This document shows, piece after piece, positions 62,447 through 64,000 of a stretch of 64,000 bases of DNA. The notes under the pieces are model-generated. The model made no database searches and had not been told where the DNA came from. It saw only the letters and a list, made by a program, of their open reading frames with translations. The stretch is from Prochlorococcus sp. AG-355-A18 (GTDB taxonomy: Bacteria > Cyanobacteriota > Cyanobacteriia > PCC-6307 > Cyanobiaceae). Position numbers and translations under genes: made by a program. The DNA lies in contig QCDH01000003.1 of NCBI GenBank assembly GCA_003280985.1, positions 9,591-73,590 on the forward strand, given 5' to 3'. Every line of letters starts with the position of its first letter. The stretch's first letter is position 1.

Positions 62447-62773
62447 TTAAGATCCTAATTTAAATGCTTCAAGTATAACGGCATAAATTGCGCCAATTCT
62501 TAATTTATCAACAACGGTCCATAGATAATAAAATTTTGAACTTGCGGCAGGTTTAATTCTTATTATGATTTCAATAAAAATAATAATTATTGGGACCATT
62601 ATCAACTCATTTTTACCTTCAGATATAAATTTTGTAATAAAATTTGCGAACAAAAAATAACCTGTCAAAACAGAAATTAGACCAATGGATTTTGTTCGCC
62701 AAGTATCACTTAGAAAACCAAAAAATAAATTATTTAACTGGTAGGTAATTCTTGAAAAATTAGTTTTTTGCAT
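62447..62773 (-). CDS. Ycf20/DUF565 protein
   Basis: MQKTNF...RIGAIYAVILEAFKLGS C-terminal motif. Confidence 0.85.
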   Translation of the reverse strand: MQKTNFSRITYQLNNLFFGFLSDTWRTKSIGLISVLTGYFLFANFITKFISEGKNELIMVPIIIIFIEIIIRIKPAASSKFYYLWTVVDKLRIGAIYAVILEAFKLGS

Positions 62774-63521
62774 TACTAAAAGACATTAAATAATCACATA
62801 GAAAGTTATAGTCAACATATGATTTTTTTAGTTTAGGGCCTTTAATTACATTTGCCACATTATTCTCATCACCAAGACTGTCTAAAATACAGTCTAATTT
62901 AATATTTTCCTCAAGAACAATTGGTATATTTGAAGGAACAAAAATTGTAGGCAAGTTAGCTTCCAAGGAAGATATCAATCCTGGGTTGGAGTCCTCAAAA
63001 ACAATTGAGTTGTTTTTCTTTATACCACTTAATTGGATTGCCTTTAAATATGGTATTGGATTTGGCTTCTTTAATTCAACGTCTTCACTTGAAATAATGA
63101 ACTCAAAAGGGTTAAAGCCATTAAAAAGATATTCAACAAGTATATTGACTTGTACTCTTGAACTTGAAGTAACAATAAATTGCCTTACTTTTTTTTTATG
63201 TAATTCATTTATTAATCTAAAAACACCAGTTTTTAAACAAACGCAATTTTTTTTTATAATTTCTAAATAATGAAACTGCTTTGTTTCATGAATTTTGAGA
63301 ATTAAATCTTCTGAGAAATCATCATTATTAGATTTAGCGTAATAAGCAATCCTATTTTTGCCCCCATTTATCTTCAGAAGTTCAATATATTTATTAGTGT
63401 CCCAATTCCAATTAATACCAAGGTCATTGAAAGCATTATTAAAAGCTGGTAAATGGGCCTCTAATTCAGTATTTGCAATGGTACCATCTAAATCCCAATA
63501 AACACCTTCAAGATACGTCAC
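62760..63521 (-). CDS. HAD-family hydrolase, CbbY-like
   Basis: WDLDGTIANTE, GGKNR, KKPNP, FEDS. Confidence 0.9.
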   Translation of the reverse strand: MTYLEGVYWDLDGTIANTELEAHLPAFNNAFNDLGINWNWDTNKYIELLKINGGKNRIAYYAKSNNDDFSEDLILKIHETKQFHYLEIIKKNCVCLKTGVFRLINELHKKKVRQFIVTSSSRVQVNILVEYLFNGFNPFEFIISSEDVELKKPNPIPYLKAIQLSGIKKNNSIVFEDSNPGLISSLEANLPTIFVPSNIPIVLEENIKLDCILDSLGDENNVANVIKGPKLKKSYVDYNFLCDYLMSFSNAKN

Positions 63522-63536
63522 CAAAAAGAATTTCTT

Positions 63537-63614
63537 TTATTTACGGTAAAAAACGAGAGCAATTATTGCTGGTCCTGCTAACGCAACTACAGCCAAGGGA
63601 ATAAGTGTTGCCAT
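63537..63614 (-). CDS. psb30: Photosystem II subunit Psb30 (Ycf12), 25 aa
   Basis: Manual translation MATLIPLAVVALAGPAIIALVFYRK*; matches the Ycf12 AGPxxIxL..RK pattern. Confidence 0.75.
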   Translation of the reverse strand: MATLIPLAVVALAGPAIIALVFYRK

Positions 63615-63696
63615 GATTAATGAATATGTTTTGTGATACTATTTTTACAAATAAATGACGAAACTGTACTGATACGTTACAAGATTGAATTAAATT

Positions 63697-64000
63697 ATGA
63701 AATCATGGACATGTATAGAAAATTGCGGAGCTTGTTGTAAATTCGACTTGAACGAAAGAAGCGATTTGGCTGACAAACTCAACCAAGAAGATTTAGCTTT
63801 GATAAAGTCGATGACTGCTAGAGACGGTTGGTGTAAAAACCTAGACAGAGAAAATAAAAAATGCTTAATTTATGAAACAAGGCCACATTTTTGCCGTGTA
63901 AAAGAATTTTCAACTACATTTAAAGGATATTTGAAATGTGGTGATAAATTTTTAATAGATTGCTGCAAACAACATATTTCATCTAATTATGGATACCAAA
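63697..64000 (+). CDS. YkgJ/CxxCxxCC cysteine-cluster protein (runs off window end)
   Basis: MKSWTCIENCGACC...GWCKNLD...CLIYETRPHFCR. Confidence 0.88.
   Translation, partial: MKSWTCIENCGACCKFDLNERSDLADKLNQEDLALIKSMTARDGWCKNLDRENKKCLIYETRPHFCRVKEFSTTFKGYLKCGDKFLIDCCKQHISSNYGYQ

Overview
AT-rich, densely packed chromosome segment of a streamlined marine picocyanobacterium, most consistent with a high-light Prochlorococcus (inferred from gene content, order and composition). About 85% is core housekeeping: pyk, ilvA, dxs, psaK, htpG, hisZ, dnaK-dnaJ, ribBA, argC, purN, pgi, leuS, dapF, uvrC, hemJ, cobN, ilvE, metH, pheT, metG, ribosomal proteins and an FtsH paralogue. Two tRNAs are present (Ser-GGA, Met-CAT). 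No CRISPR array, IS element, integrase or prophage is visible. The best candidate for an undescribed system is at 44136-45907. A gene fusing an N-terminal ribbon-helix-helix (RHH) DNA-binding domain to a C-terminal HPD J-domain is followed directly by three gap-free copies of a 51-bp element (two direct, one inverted). Each copy carries two TCTYATATRAGA-type palindromes 35 bp apart and AGACT/AGTCT half-sites at 12-bp spacing. A 91% AT tract lies between copies 1 and 2, and a small secreted-protein gene lies between copies 2 and 3. A second standalone RHH gene (56501-56866) is flanked by three AGTGTNRCACT palindromes, inside a micro-gene islet downstream of tRNA-Met that also holds a 57-aa prepilin-like ORF. 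The FtsH paralogue has lost its HEXXH zinc site, and scpB has no canonical start codon upstream of its conserved N-terminus. All functional links are inference, and no searches were run.
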